Origin: Octopus vulgaris
Taxonomy: Eukaryota
Direction of reading: 5' to 3'
NCBI GenBank assembly: GCA_951406725.2
Contig: OX597815.1
Location: 156,054,001-156,118,000 of the forward strand
DNA: 64,000 nucleotides
The first letter of the stretch is position 1. Each line of letters opens with the position of its first letter. The notes under the pieces are model-generated. The model had not been told where the DNA came from. It did not search any database and worked only from the letters and a program-made list of their open reading frames with translations. Shown here in pieces: positions 49,866 through 63,689 of this stretch. The translations under genes were made by a program, and so were the position numbers.

Positions 49866-50466
49866 CTATACCGTCTTAAAGAGTGACTACCACAGGAAGA
49901 TTATGTTGTACAAGAGACACAGAGTCTTAATTAAAAATTGATGGTCCCGGTTGTGAAGCCGTTATTTTAGGTCTGCTAGATGAAGGCTGATCTGGATTCA
50001 GACAACAAAAGGTACAAAAACACTAAAAAAAAAAAAAAAAAATGAAAACCTTTGGACCCTCCTCATATATATGATGGCTTCTGAGCCAGTATGAAATTGT
50101 TACTTTCGTTGAATATAACAAATGTCCTGTATTACATGTTTAGTTTCGGTTTTTATTTGTCGATAAGGTGATTATCGATTGATTTCTATGAAGTGGAACA
50201 GATGATAAAAGTCCTGATGAAATGCACTTTAGTATTGTTCAGGACATTACGTTTAGAAGCAAAAACCATCTCGTAGAGGACATTACTGTCTTTGATATGG
50301 CTGTGATCGATAACTATTAGTTGCAATAATTTACTGAGACAATTCAATCGTATACGCTCCTTTAGAAATCAATAATCATTAATGAAAGTAAAAATAAGAC
50401 TACAAAAAAACATTAAAACATTAGAAAATCGAGAATACAATGTTTCAAATATCAAAGTTAACTGAC

Positions 50467-50670
50467 CCGTATAATTTGGTTGAACAATTCATTGATAGCC
50501 TTTTCGACTCCTGAACATTCTATCTGGTCGACAATCCCTATGACAGTCTTCAGGTATGATCCGAGTCCATCCAAAAGAGCTGAAAGACATTCTGGATTGC
50601 AGGCTAACTTTTTCAGAGCACCCAACGACCTTTCAGTATCTTCGCAAGCTGTTTTATCTGAAGAAGACAT
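50467..50670 (-). CDS. Probable first coding exon of the same host gene (68 codons)
   Basis: MSSSDKTACEDTERSLGALKKLACNPECLSALLDGLGSYLKTVIGIV...NQIIR, then phase-0 donor CGG|GTCAGT. An upstream acceptor (ttttacag| at 50737) would give a 66 nt UTR part. Phase is compatible with exon 1852-2550. Confidence 0.7.
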
Positions 50671-52437
50671 TAAAATGTAAGATGTTATTTCAGAATTTAA
50701 AAATATAATTTAATAAATATCGAAGCTTCATTTTACCTGTAAAATAGTTTCGTAATTTGTGCCCGGATTTCGATTTTGTAAATATATGATATAACTATAA
50801 ACTTGATTTTATAAACGATCTTTATACAAACACATGAAACTGTAGATATGTATATATATGTTTTTAAGTACCAAGGAGTATACATTCAGTAGTCTTGCGT
50901 CGTTAGCTAGTTCTTCTGTCAAAAAATCTTTTTTGTATTTCTCCGACTTTTATTTCTTACTCCTACAATTAATTGACACCATCATTTACGTAATATACTC
51001 TTGTATCTCATGTAACATTGTCATTAATAGATTCCGGCATTAGCAAACCTCACCGGTTTCGGCGAGTAAGGGATGTAGTCAACCTCAATATATAACTGAT
51101 ACAAATATTTTTCGGGAATATGAAAGGGAAAGTCGAACCTGGTTGTATTTGAACCTCAAGTTACAAAAATGTCACTAAATACAGTAATTTTACCTTTTTG
51201 TGTACCACATTCCACCAGAACAGATTGCTATTAAAATTGGAAGAATGCCATTTTGAGAAGAGGTGTATACTGACACAAAAAGACCGTATATGGTCTGCGA
51301 TACATTAAGATTAATGTCTTCGCCAGTGAAAGAGGCAACAATGAACAGTACAATGTTCTTACCCACTAAATAAGTAATGTTTTATTCAAGCAGTCAAAAT
51401 TACAGTGCATCATATGAATTTCGCTCTATGTTTCAAGAGGAAAATCGTACAAATACTAGAGGAATGTTAGTTCATCAAACCATAAACAACAACTGACACC
51501 AACGTTTTACTACAAACTATAAACAAGTAAAGCTAACAAACTGGTACAACAAACAATAAAGTAATGGATATAACATGTTGGTATATCTGGTACAAAAACT
51601 GTAAACAATTATTCAAAACATATTGATATAACAAACTACAAGCAACCACCAATAATATGTTGATACAGTAAGCAATAAAATGACTGAATCATTTGACGGA
51701 ATAACAGATAATATATTGTAAAATGGCTTTATAGAAATATGAGTGGGAATTTGGTGTATATTTGTGAAGGCCGTATATAAAGATAATAATTGTATCGCAC
51801 ACGAAACTAGTTGTATTATATATACCACGTCGTAGATAAGTCAACAACATTTCAGATTAGATAACATTCGGTGAGCTTTATAATGGAGCATGAAGTTGAT
51901 CAGAGCTGAAATTATTTATGGTTCAGAAGAGATTTGTCTGATATGCTAACTTTACAATTTCAGAGATTGTCAGCAAGTATCAGCAGATAAGTGGCCGTGT
52001 CCTGGATATTTCTACAGTCCCATCATGCTAGCAGGATTAATGCAGATAATTTTGAACTTGGTATTCTGAGCAAGTAAAGAATTTCAAGAAGCTGCACTCC
52101 TGGAGGAAAAGATTGAGCACTGAGTTTTACGTGATGTTTGGGGATGATACACAATGGAAAAGGCATGGATTGGAGAGAAATCAGGAGCGAGAGAGAAAAC
52201 GCAGTATGTGTGAAGTACATTGGGTGTAGCGTGTTGTTAATGTCTCTTTGCCAATCGATCGAATAACCATCGTTTGGTCGTTATAACTCTGTGTGTAAGA
52301 ACAATGTAGCAAATATGTCATCAGTACTACCTAGAATTCATAACACTTGTGAAAGTTTTAGTTATGCTATTTAGGTATAATAAATGAGTAATGAAAAACT
52401 ATTTTTCGTACAAGTAGTTACGGTCCTAAGATGATAC

Positions 52438-52566
52438 TGCGAGTGGGTGTTGAAAAGTTCCCGGCTTTAGGGCTATATCGAAAAGCCTGATTGGAAACCC
52501 AAACTTACGAGTTCTTTTACAGGGCTTAGAAAAACTGAAGGACCGTTGCAATAAGTGTGTGAATCT
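52438..52566. mobile_element. Fragment of the same mariner-type MITE
   Basis: cgagtgggtgttgaaaagttcccggcttt...aaaaactgaaggaccgttgcaataagtgtgtgaat is the reverse complement of 37316-37438. Confidence 0.75.
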
Positions 52567-53639
52567 TTTGAGATTTTGTAATAGGTCTGGTGGTTCGCAG
52601 GATCAAAGAGGCTCTACGTCTTGTTAACTAACTGAAAGTACTTGGATCTTCGGACAGCACGAAAAAATAAAGTGGGCGCTCTTGCTTAGATACTGGTTAA
52701 ACTTAGGTACTGGTTAAATAATAAAGTATTTGCCCTTTTAGATAGTTGTAAGAGAGTGTTAATAGGTATATGCATTACAGTTTTCTGTGATGATGACTTA
52801 AAAACTGTTCAGACATTATAGATATTTCGTAAGAGTCGAACAACAACTGCTAGCTGGAGAAATATGGAGACTAGTATCCAGCGAAGAATATTTGGCTTGT
52901 CTTTAATTTATTCTCAGCATGTAAAGTACTAGATCATAAAGATACTAATGTAAAGCGAGGACAAATACTATTTGCTGTCCACTTTAGTATAATATAAATG
53001 CGGAATCTGTTATAACGGAACTAAGTGGTCAGCCCTTTCATTCTTGTGTGAAGTCGTACTAATTTTGATGTTTGCTTGAAATTATAAAACTGTGGGCTTG
53101 AGAAATATTCATGAAAGCTATAACAAAAAGAATATTTTACTGTAAATATCATACAGATGACTATAATATTGTTTCTTTCAAGTAAAATACGAAAATTTAA
53201 TTCTCTCAAAACAAGCCATTTTTAATGCTATTTTTCAAAGAAATGTAGCATTAAGAATCTATCGATGAAATGTCTTATTGATGTAAAACATTATCGATAT
53301 ACTTTTGCCAACATCTGTTACCAATTTCTTCTCACATAAACATGGTAACTGGAATTTGTAGGGCAGGGTAGAGATATAGTATATAACATTAACGTCTTTG
53401 TTAAATGTTTAATAATCGACATAGATATGTAAATGAAGGGAAATTGATACAGCAAGGAATATTGGTTCAGAACGAGCCATATTGGTTTGCAATTTCGCTT
53501 TCCTATATCTAGCCTCTCGTAAACTACCCAAATATGACAGTAGAATTCTTAACAGTAAACATTTCTCATTTGCATTAAGTCGGGCTATCTCTAACTTTTT
53601 TTCCAAAGTTGTACTTCAAATATATTCATAGAAACATAC

Positions 53640-53817
53640 ACATACATACATACACACATACATACATACATACGTACGTACGTTCATACATACAAACATA
53701 CCTACATATATACATACATACATACATAGATACATACATACATACATACATACATACATACATACATACATACATACATACATACATACATACATACATA
53801 CATACATACATACATAC
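53640..53817. repeat. (TACA)n microsatellite
   Basis: Direct reading. Confidence 0.95.
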
Positions 53818-54422
53818 AAGAGATACATTCTCCTTACACCCACTGACAGCATGCATAAGCATTCAAATATTTCTAAGACTTCAGATATAGCAGGAAGTAT
53901 TTCATCAGCTATTTTAAAATATGCTAAACATCAACAAGCTTCGGTTTAAGAGAGGGTAATGAACTCCCACACTGTCACCATTATCAGATGGCTTTTGATC
54001 TTATTTACACATTGCTACACTCAATTCAGGGTGGCCATCAAAAAGGCCAGAATTATAAAATCTCTAATAACACACGTGATAAATAACGTCCTACGCCAGA
54101 AATGTATGATTGTCACATCTTTTTTTTAAAGAAAGCACATTTTCTTTAAGGCAGCACACGTTCATACCACAGGGAACTGAAGTTGTAGTCATTCGTATTT
54201 CAACCATTCAGTTTATCGTTTGATTCAAGAGATATTGATTTCATCATTAATTTGTTTTTTCTTACTAAGAAATTAATTCTCTATCAGTAAATATGTTTCT
54301 TATTGATATGAAATAATTATACGTTAAATCCATAGAGATGGGTAGAAAGATAGATAGACAGACAAGTAGATAGACAGACATAAATATAGACAGACAAATA
54401 GATAGGTAGTTAGATAGGTAAT

Positions 54423-54480
<58 letters not shown>

Positions 54481-54515
54481 GAGCTGTAGATGGATAAATC
54501 GATAGATAGAGAGAG

Positions 54516-54548
<33 letters not shown>

Positions 54549-54638
54549 ACTTTCTTTATTGGCCACACAGGGCTGGACACAGAGGGGACAGTTTCAAATG
54601 TAGAGCTTTTCTTTTCGGAGGTGGAAAAGGGAAAAGAA
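54549..54638 (-). mobile_element. ~90 bp 3'-end fragment with Tx1-type tail inside a (GATA)n tract
   Basis: Minus strand ...tgtcccctctgtgtccagccctgtgtggccaataaagaaa; GATA repeats on both sides (54345-54680). Confidence 0.6.
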
Positions 54639-55829
54639 GATATATGGATAGATAGATAGATTGATAGACAGACAGACAGATTCAAATAAATATTGCAATT
54701 TCTATCAAGTTAGGTCAACCACCTCGTGGTCTCATGATAAATCCAATCTTCGAAAATGTATGACTTTTCTATTGGTTGAAGGAAGTTTAAGAATAAATAC
54801 TTAACATTAAAATACTATAATTATATGTTTATACATAAAAAGCAATGCACCATGGAGCAAATGATATGATTACTTCTGCAGGAGAAAATAGAAGGTTATT
54901 GTAAAATAAACTCAAGCAATATGATCTGCCATATACTCAGTTTCGGAATTTAGTAATTGTAGGGTGTATTACAAAATTATTGCTATATAACTAAGACGCG
55001 TATAAAATTAGTTTCACGTCTGAAGAAATTTAAAACAACGTTATTATGACTACAATCGGTGCGTCTGTCTTTACTTATCAAACTATTCTCATTCTTAGAA
55101 TTGATTGCCCGCTTCATCATATTTATCTTTGCAAATACTATCAATAACACAGAGGAATTTCTGTAAGCGATTAGGTTTCCTATCCAGACTTGTATATTGT
55201 TCCAACTCCGGATGCTCTTCAAATTTATATTTCCTACATTTAAGCAATTATACTCTGTTTTCATATTCGTTTCTTTCTTCTTCATTAGAGATGTTTGGAA
55301 GAATTCTGATTAAAGCTTTACGCTTCATTAAAAATCTCAGGTTGGGCAAACGGATACGAAGAATATCTATCATCTATTATGCGTGTACGTCAATAAATAT
55401 AAGTATTTTTGACAGATGGTTCCCGCTTAATCCAATTTACTTAAGGAAATTCTATAATATGAACTTTATTATATTATAGGTAAAGTTCCATTTCTCAACT
55501 CTGATACTTCATATATATGTATATATATATTGCTCTTGCTGCATATTGATTTCTATATTATCTATAATCGAAATTACATTCTAAACTCTTATTTTATACT
55601 TAAATACCAACAAGATTTATTAGAATACCTTCTTCAAAGCTTACACATGCTGACTGATTCATAAAACACACACTTGTACATATATTCGTCCAATAATATA
55701 CACATAAGTATACAATTTCCTTGGATCAGATTTAGTGAATGTATAAAAGAATGGATAATTGAGTGAATTGTTCTGTGTCAACGAAGACACTTCCGTACAG
55801 GCACTCAGAATGCTAAAAATAACTGCTAA

Positions 55830-56060
55830 ATCTCAAAACTCCTTGAAATCTTACTGCCTGAATATAGTTTGAGGATAAAACTGAGGATGATGGAAGTTGA
55901 GTGCAGAGCGTTCAATGTGGGTGAATGTGGAGTGGACGGGTAGGTGAGGTGGAATGGTCTAACAGCAGAAGTTTTCATGGATAGCGAAGCTGTTGGCAAG
56001 TAACCATGGAAGCAGACACTGAGTAAGGCACCGCAATGCAATAACAACCAGCCTGGTAGA
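55830..56060 (-). mobile_element. Old L2/Crack-like LINE C-terminal remnant
   Basis: Frame-broken remnants FHGY...THP...RTQL..SFI resemble L2/Crack ORF2 ends. Confidence 0.3.
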
Positions 56061-59000
56061 GATGTAGAGTATTTATATAGTCGAAATATCCATAATGTGT
56101 AGCGTCGTTGCTGATGATACTACTGTGTTAGCAACGAGGGGCTTTGGTACTTTTTATTTTTTCTAAAAGTGAATTAACGTGACGGATAAAGTATTTCTGA
56201 ATACAATAAACCATAGAAAGGAGTTGATATGATCATGGCTTGAACAGCAGTTCAAAGATGAAGGTTCATCTCAAAGAAATAGTTTACAAATGTCATGTTC
56301 AATTGTTTGGTCGACTAAACTGCGTACCCTATCACATCTTGGTCTGAATAGATCTGGGTTTCAGCACTAGGGAAACAGTATAACGGAGGGACTGCGAGAG
56401 AGAGGGAGGGAGAAAGAGAGAGAGCGGAGAAAGCAAGAAAGAAAGAAAGAGTATGTGCGCGTTTAGCAGTTATTCGACACCTCGTTCTTATAAAACGTTT
56501 CATGTTCACATTATTTCAGATAAGGATAGTCATAAGGTAAAAATGTGCGAAAAACTACTTAATTTTCGGGCTATTTTATGGTCCATGGGCTGGCGTCAAT
56601 TTTCACTTGCTATATTTTAGTGCTGCGTTTTAATATTAAATTAACCAAATAAATTTATGTCTGGAAGCAGGTGAAAATAATTTACAAATTTCATCTAATT
56701 GATTTAAGGAGACAGATAACATACAAAGTTTCTCATAAATAAAATACTTAACGCCTATCTCTATTTCTAAATATTACCACAAAGTTTAGAATTGCTCACG
56801 TAGATAATGATTAGAGATATAGCTAATATTTTCTGCATAAACTGAGGCCTGAAGCACATTAAAACATTAACTCACACACAGAAGGTTGTTCATATTACAT
56901 GACAAGAGTAGACAATTGTGATATGTGAAACTTATGTAAGATAAACACAGAAACTTATAGCGACCTCATACACGAATGAATAATAAATTTTTCTAACAGC
57001 ATAAATAATAGTTTCAAAGCAAAAGACTTAATAGAAGCAGCAGGACACAACATCTAAGACAATGCTAAGCAAAACTACAAAACACTCATTTTTATACGAA
57101 ACAGATAAATTCAGAAACTCAACAAATTACTGTAAATTTGATCCAACCAAAAATACAGTATACCGGAGTAGTTTTATATATAAGAAATAATAAAAATAAT
57201 AAGAATATTTCAGTTTACAAAAAGTCAACGGAATAGTTAGGCAGAATTAGCGCATCGTTGTGTGTAAAAAGCCAGTTAATGCAAATTTACTTGAAGGACC
57301 ATTGGCAATTATTACTAACCTTGTATTATGTATAGTATGCACAGTCATATTTAATATGCTTGTGTACATTCGGACATGGAAAAGTAATACGCTGCAAAAT
57401 TGTTTCGAGAGAAGAAATTCTTCTTATAGACAATATGGGTGTAAACACATCAGTTATTCTGAGAGACTAAGAACCGGTCTCTCATAAATTAAAATAGCAA
57501 ATTGTGCATTTACTGATGTGCAAAAGATCTTGACAAGCTATAATAAATTAATTAGACGAGCACAATATCGTGTTCAGGTGTGGTGTAAATAATAATGTTT
57601 AGCAGTTAATTCCTGCCTCCGCTTGCTGTAGCAGATCTATGACAAACGTCACTTCAGTTTTCACCATTGTATATCCGTTCAGACAAAATGCATTTAGAGG
57701 AACATTATCCAGTGTGTCCTTCAGAAAAGGCAGCAGAGCATAATGTGATGTAACAGTTAAGAAGAACAACCGAGAGGATCATATTACAACCAGCATAGAA
57801 TACCGAAATAAGAAAAATGTATTCAATATTGAAAGAACGCTGGAATACTAATTATAATGGTTCCTTATTTAGATACAGACTGGTAGCTTCGAGTGGAAAG
57901 TATTAGCCGATTTCATCGACCGAGTACATGCCTGGTGCTTTATTTCATTAACTCCGAAAGGATGAACGACAAGTTGACCATAGAGAATTTTTACTCAGAA
58001 TGTAAGCGATCAGAAAAATTACACGCGCCATTTTTGTAACGTTTTAACCATTCTGCCAAGGTTGCAGCTGATCGAGTCCTCAGGCTGCCAGAATTCTAAG
58101 CTAAGTGAATCATGTTCGTATTCATTCATTTCTGCTAACCACAATTAATTCGAAGGACCCAGTTGAACTAGTGAGCTACAAATGAGTAAATACAATCGGA
58201 TAGTATATTTTTCGACACATTACTGTACGATATACTGCTGTTATTTAGAGCTAAATCAACCCCTTTTTAAGCAAATCTATCATCGAAAGCATTCCATTGC
58301 GATCACCCTATTTTGTGATATCCAATGTATCCATGTTTGCTCAGAACGATGCGGATTTAATTAGAGTGAGATTTTAATGCTTTTGTTAGCAAAGCAGACC
58401 ATGTGACCATATACAGGCTATTTGGCCCGCAAGATTCAATGTATATATTTCCTTATTCTGGCAGTTTGGGGCTATATTCCCTAAAAGGCAAAACATGCAA
58501 AATTGTAACATCCTAAGTAGTAATGCAAAATGTTTCTAAACTGAAAAATAGCATGGTACTTGAGATAACCTTATCTATTATGCTTATATCCTTATTGTGC
58601 ATGTATGTACAATATTCATTAGGAAAACTCCTCTCAAATTGGAACGATTGATTAACTTTTACAACGATTTAATTAACCTACACAGACCCCTTTCATTCGC
58701 CATGATATTTCTCTCTTAATCTATGTCTTATTTACACAAGTTATGAGTCGTTGAGTAAATTCATTATAAACTCTCGAATAAAATCCCATGATATATTTCC
58801 GATTTCAAATCAAAATACCACCCACTAAACGAAATTTTATAAAACAACTCTAATTTACTCGTATAGATGTGCCTTCAGTTATAATATGCTATAAATAAAC
58901 TCCTTTATATAGTACAAACTGAACTTGGTTTTAAAATCTAAAAACAAATATTAGTTATACACTGTTCCGGTTTTCGGGATACATAAATTATTTCTGTCCA

Positions 59001-59815
59001 TAATGCTTAGTTAGAACATACCGAACTGCGTGGGGGTAAATTTAGGTGTTCATGTCAGAAACAACCGGTGGACCATTCGAATCAACGAACGAGCCTAATT
59101 CCAGTCCCCCATTTGACCTGCTAAAATTACCAACTAAATTGACCCCAAACGACAACAAACAGTCTTTTAAAAAATTATCGACAATAACTGATTAATTCCC
59201 TCTTGGGTGTATTAGTCTAGACAAAAGAGTGTTTGATCGCGTGGCTTGGTCAAACGATGAAACGTTGGTATCTATAAATCGTAAAACTAATTCGGGTGCT
59301 CGTCAGACTTGTAAGCATTTTTGATAAAATATAATAAATAAAAGCATGGTATCGTTCCATCAATTTCCAATTACCAATTACATTAACCACATGAACCGTT
59401 TGCTCATATTTCATTTCTCAAGAAAAGATTTATCTCACTGAGGCAATTTTCAGTTTAAAAATCGATGTACTAGATAACGCTGTTAAGTAGTTATATATAG
59501 ACAAATTGTCTCATATTTGCAAGAATATATTAAACTATGTTATCTAGGAAATGCCAATGGTCGTTTGGGAACGAAGTAAAAGTGGTTATGAGAATAGAAA
59601 CTAATTTATTTCAAAAACAAAAATAAAGCATACTGCCTAAATGTTAGTTCTTAGATGGACTGCTTCTTTCTCAGAAAGAGAATGGAAAAGACACTACAAC
59701 ATCACGCCATGATGACCGCAATTGAGGAATTACGGGGATTTGTGAAAGAACGCTCGTGCTGAGACACGAGAAAGACACAATTAGAAAATGCTACCTCTGC
59801 TGCTGCTACCACTAT

Positions 59816-59848
<33 letters not shown>

Positions 59849-59850
59849 AA

Positions 59851-60384
59851 ATAATGACCTGGTGCAGTATAAGTTAGTGGCTCTCATGGCTTCTGATCTT
59901 AACTGATTAAACGTGTTATCATGTATATGCTTTGTATTGTTATAAAAGTTGGACTTCAGCAAATATTCAGCTCAATACTACAGATTTGCTTCTCAGTTGT
60001 TTGATCTTAACTGGCATGTTCCTTGGTGGCTGACGATATCTGCATCACTGATCGTGAGCATCATAGCCATGTGTGGAGAGGAATTCTTTGGGGTTTGAAT
60101 AAATCACATTTGGAAACATGGGTGTTTCGTTCATCGTCATGAAATAACTCTTATTCATGAATCTTTTGAGTGAGATGGGCTATTCAACCTGTAGAAAATT
60201 CTAACTGGGCCCCTCCTGCAAGGTCATACACTGTTTATTTAGATATGAGATCATGTCATGTACGTATGTTTGTGATGCATGTACCTGGTGTGTCCTTATC
60301 AGACGGGTAGTCATAATTGGTATATTGGGCTTCGTATATTTGTATCCTAGGGTCACTTTGATGGCATGCACTACTCTCTCACTC
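59851..60384. mobile_element. Unclassified ~530 bp non-coding insert between (CTA)n/AAT and (AAT)n tracts
   Basis: Sharp boundaries against trinucleotide repeats, no credible ORF, first unit of the Dong stack. Repeat status is inferred; there is only one copy in the window. Confidence 0.4.
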
Positions 60385-60430
<46 letters not shown>

Positions 60431-60453
60431 GTTGCCAATTACAGTAGACATCT

Positions 60454-61067
60454 ATCATATTATCTCTGGCTGCCCAGTCCTGGCTAAGAAGGAATATATT
60501 CACAGACATGACAGATTTGGAACCTACATACACTGGAAGCTATGCCAACATTATGGAATAACAACAGAAAAAAGATGGTATAGGCACACACCAGAAAAGG
60601 TCACAGAAAACGAGAAAGCAACCATACTCTGGGATATGCCGATATACACAGATAGAGAAATTAAGGCCAACAGACCAGATATAGTTGTCAGAGATCATGA
60701 AGAAAAAAATGCTTTCTAATTGATGTATCAATACCGGCAGATGACAACGTTTCTCTAAAAGAAATGAAGAAACTTTCAAAATACAAAGATCTGGAAATAG
60801 AGGTAACCAGAATGTGGAATCTAAAAACAGAAACAATTCCTAGGCATGATAAAAAAATATTCAGACAAATACATAACAAAAACACCAGGACTTACAAACA
60901 CATAACATACAGAAAATTGCACTACTAGGCACTGTACACATCCTACGCAGAACACTTTCCATACAATAACCATCAGAGCATCACAACAAATCACAGCACA
61001 TACCTAAGGCACACAGAGCTGCGCTCGGTAGTGAAGTGAAAGCACGCTATAAAAATAAAACTACTGA
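60454..61067 (+). mobile_element. 5'-truncated R4/Dong-clade LINE, copy 1
   Basis: HIISGCPVLAKKEYIHRHD...ILWD...NRPDIVV (restriction-like endonuclease); near-identical to 62003-62637; (AAT)n tail. Confidence 0.9.
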
Positions 61068-61087
61068 ATAATAATGATAATAATAAT

Positions 61088-61149
<62 letters not shown>

Positions 61150-61151
<2 letters not shown>

Positions 61152-62637
61152 TCAATGAAATAAAAGAATTAGACCAAAGCCAAACTTACAAACACTTAGG
61201 AATCCATGAACTAGATAAGACACAACACACACAAATGAAAGAGAAAATAAAAAAAGAATATTATAGACGAGTTAGATCAATACTAAAAACAGAGCTCAAT
61301 GCTAAAAACAAGATAATAGGTATCAGCACTTTAGCTGTCCCAGTTATAAGTTACAGCTACAATATCCTTAACTGGACACGAAATGAACTGTCCAAAATAG
61401 ATAGGAAAACAAGAAAAATACTGACAGGATCTAGGATGCATCACCCAAAATCCGACATAGAAAGACTATATATACAACGTATAGAAGGTGGTAGAGGCCT
61501 TATACAGCTGGAAAACTACTATAAAATAACCACCATAGGACTGCAAAAATACCTACTTCAGAAGGAAGGAAAACTGATCCAGATAGCAGCAAAACACGAG
61601 CAAAACAAAAAACTGTTCTCAGTATTTAAGGAAGCTGACAAATACAAACAAGAAATCATACCACCTAATAAACACAAAGAAGAAGAAGAAGATGATGAAG
61701 AAACAACAAAAGCTATAAAACAAAAGAAATCCAAACTAAAAATAGAACAGCAACGAGCCATGATAAAACGATGGCAAGAAAAGCCCCTTCATGGTAAATA
61801 CTGCACTAAACTAAACGCAAAAGAAATAGACAAAGAAAAATCCCAGCAATGGTTGAGAAGCTCAGGACTCAAAGCAGAAACAGAGGGATTTTTAATTGCA
61901 GCACAAGACCAAAGCCTCCCCACCAGAAATTACCAAAAACATGTAATGAAAAGAAATATTACAAGTAACTGCAGAATATGTGGAGATGGACAAGAAACAA
62001 TAAATCATATTATCTCTAGCTGCCCAGTCCTGGCTAAGAAGGAATATATTCACAGACATGACAGAGTTGGAACCTACATACATTGGAAGCTATGCCAACA
62101 TTATGGAATAACAATAGAAAAAAGATGGTATAGGCACACACCAGAAAAGGTCACAGAAAACGAGAAAGCAACCATACTCTGGGATATGCCGATACACACA
62201 GATAGAGAAATTAAGGCCAACAGACCAGATATAGTTGTCAGAGACCATGAAGAAAAAAATGCTTTCTAATTGATGTATCAATACCGGCAGATGACAACGT
62301 GTCTCTAAAAGAAATGGAGAAACTCTCAAAATACAAAGACCTGGAAATAGAGGTAACTAGAATGTGGAACCTGAAAACAGAAACAATTCCTATCATAGTA
62401 GGCGCATTAGGCATGATAAAAAAAATATTCAGACAAATACATAACAAAAACACCAGGACTTACAAACACATATAACATACAGAAAATTGCACTACTAGGC
62501 ACTGCACACATCCTACGCAGAACACTTTCCATACAATAACCATCAGAGCATCACAACAAATCACAGCACATACCCAAGGCACACAGAGCTGCGCTCGGTA
62601 GTGAAGTGAAAGCACGCTATAAAAATAAAACTACTGA
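61150..62637 (+). mobile_element. 5'-truncated R4/Dong-clade LINE, copy 2 (RT end, CCHC finger, RLE)
   Basis: TYKHLGI, GGRGL, AAQDQ, CRICGDGQETINHIISSC, RHD, RPD; after a shift LIDVSIP...KYKDLEIE to TAA at 62537-62539. Flanked by (AAT)n. Confidence 0.92.
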
Positions 62638-62681
62638 ATAATAATAATAACAATAATAATATGTAAATTCCTTTATGTACA

Positions 62682-63052
62682 GGAGTATAAGGACCTGGAA
62701 ATTGAAATACAAAAGATGTGGAAACATAAAGCGAAAACTGTTCCTGTTATTATAGGTATGATAAAAAAAGGGGATGCCATAAGCATTTAGTCAACATTCC
62801 AGGAGAACCGTGTCTCAAGGAAATCCAAAAGATTCTGCTGACAAATGCTGCTCCTATACTTAGAAAAGCTCCATCAATGTAAATGTTTGTGCTGTATTAT
62901 CTGGAGGTATTTTTCTACTGCTCTCACCACGTTCGCTTACCAAGCATTCAGTTATATTTCAACATTTCTTAACTTTCACTTGCCCTAGGGCGCTGAGTAT
63001 ATCCCAGCAAGTGATTGCATCAAACATACAGATTAAAAGTAAACAACAGTGA
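62682..63052 (+). mobile_element. Diverged R4/Dong-clade 3' fragment, copy 3
   Basis: EYKDLEIEIQKMWKHKAKTVPVIIG...EIQKILL...ILRKA; different 3' UTR; ataataataat tail. Confidence 0.75.
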
Positions 63053-63689
63053 TAATAATAATATTGTAACAGAACCAAAAGAAAATCAGGAGCGTATACA
63101 TTTGAAGGGTTAGGATAATACTAAAATTTAAGCAGAACTGTAGGAATCCATCACTAACATGCACGTAAAAGCCGTAGCCATCTCATCAGGTATGGCGCCG
63201 GAAAATCAAATTCACAATGGTAGATAAACAGTGAAATTGCCGTCAATTTACGGAACCTTACAGGCAGATATCGACAGATTTTATATTTCAGCAAAGGAAT
63301 AAAAGTAGCGGATTCATAAGTGTAGAAAACTGGGAGAAATGGAGAGGTTGAGAGAATAGGTTACTGACAGCGAAGAGTGATTTTGGTAGTAGTAAGAATA
63401 GAAATTTATTCTCTTTCCCCAATTGAGGGAACGGAAAAAAGTGAAGTTCTCGGAGCTAGAAAATATCATTACAGTCAGAAAAACTTACATCGACGGTTCT
63501 TCAAAATAGTGAAGACTATCGAAATCAGAAATCGTCTTAATGGCTAAAGAAAGGTGTGTTAAAAAAAAAGAGACAAAGGATTTATACTAGGTGTGTACAT
63601 CAACAAATCAGAATACGATACTTCAGAAACAACATAGATAAGCAAGATGTCATGCACAAATTGAAAAGCGCTAGAATTTTCGGTAAGTC

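Noticed and set aside
56380-56500. GA-rich tract with nearby TATA-like sequence as a candidate host promoter
   Set aside because: No discriminating evidence in such AT-rich DNA without transcript data.
59876-59925. Superficial U2 snRNA resemblance (gcttctgatcttaactgat...gtgttatc)
   Set aside because: No GUAGUA branch-recognition sequence or Sm site.
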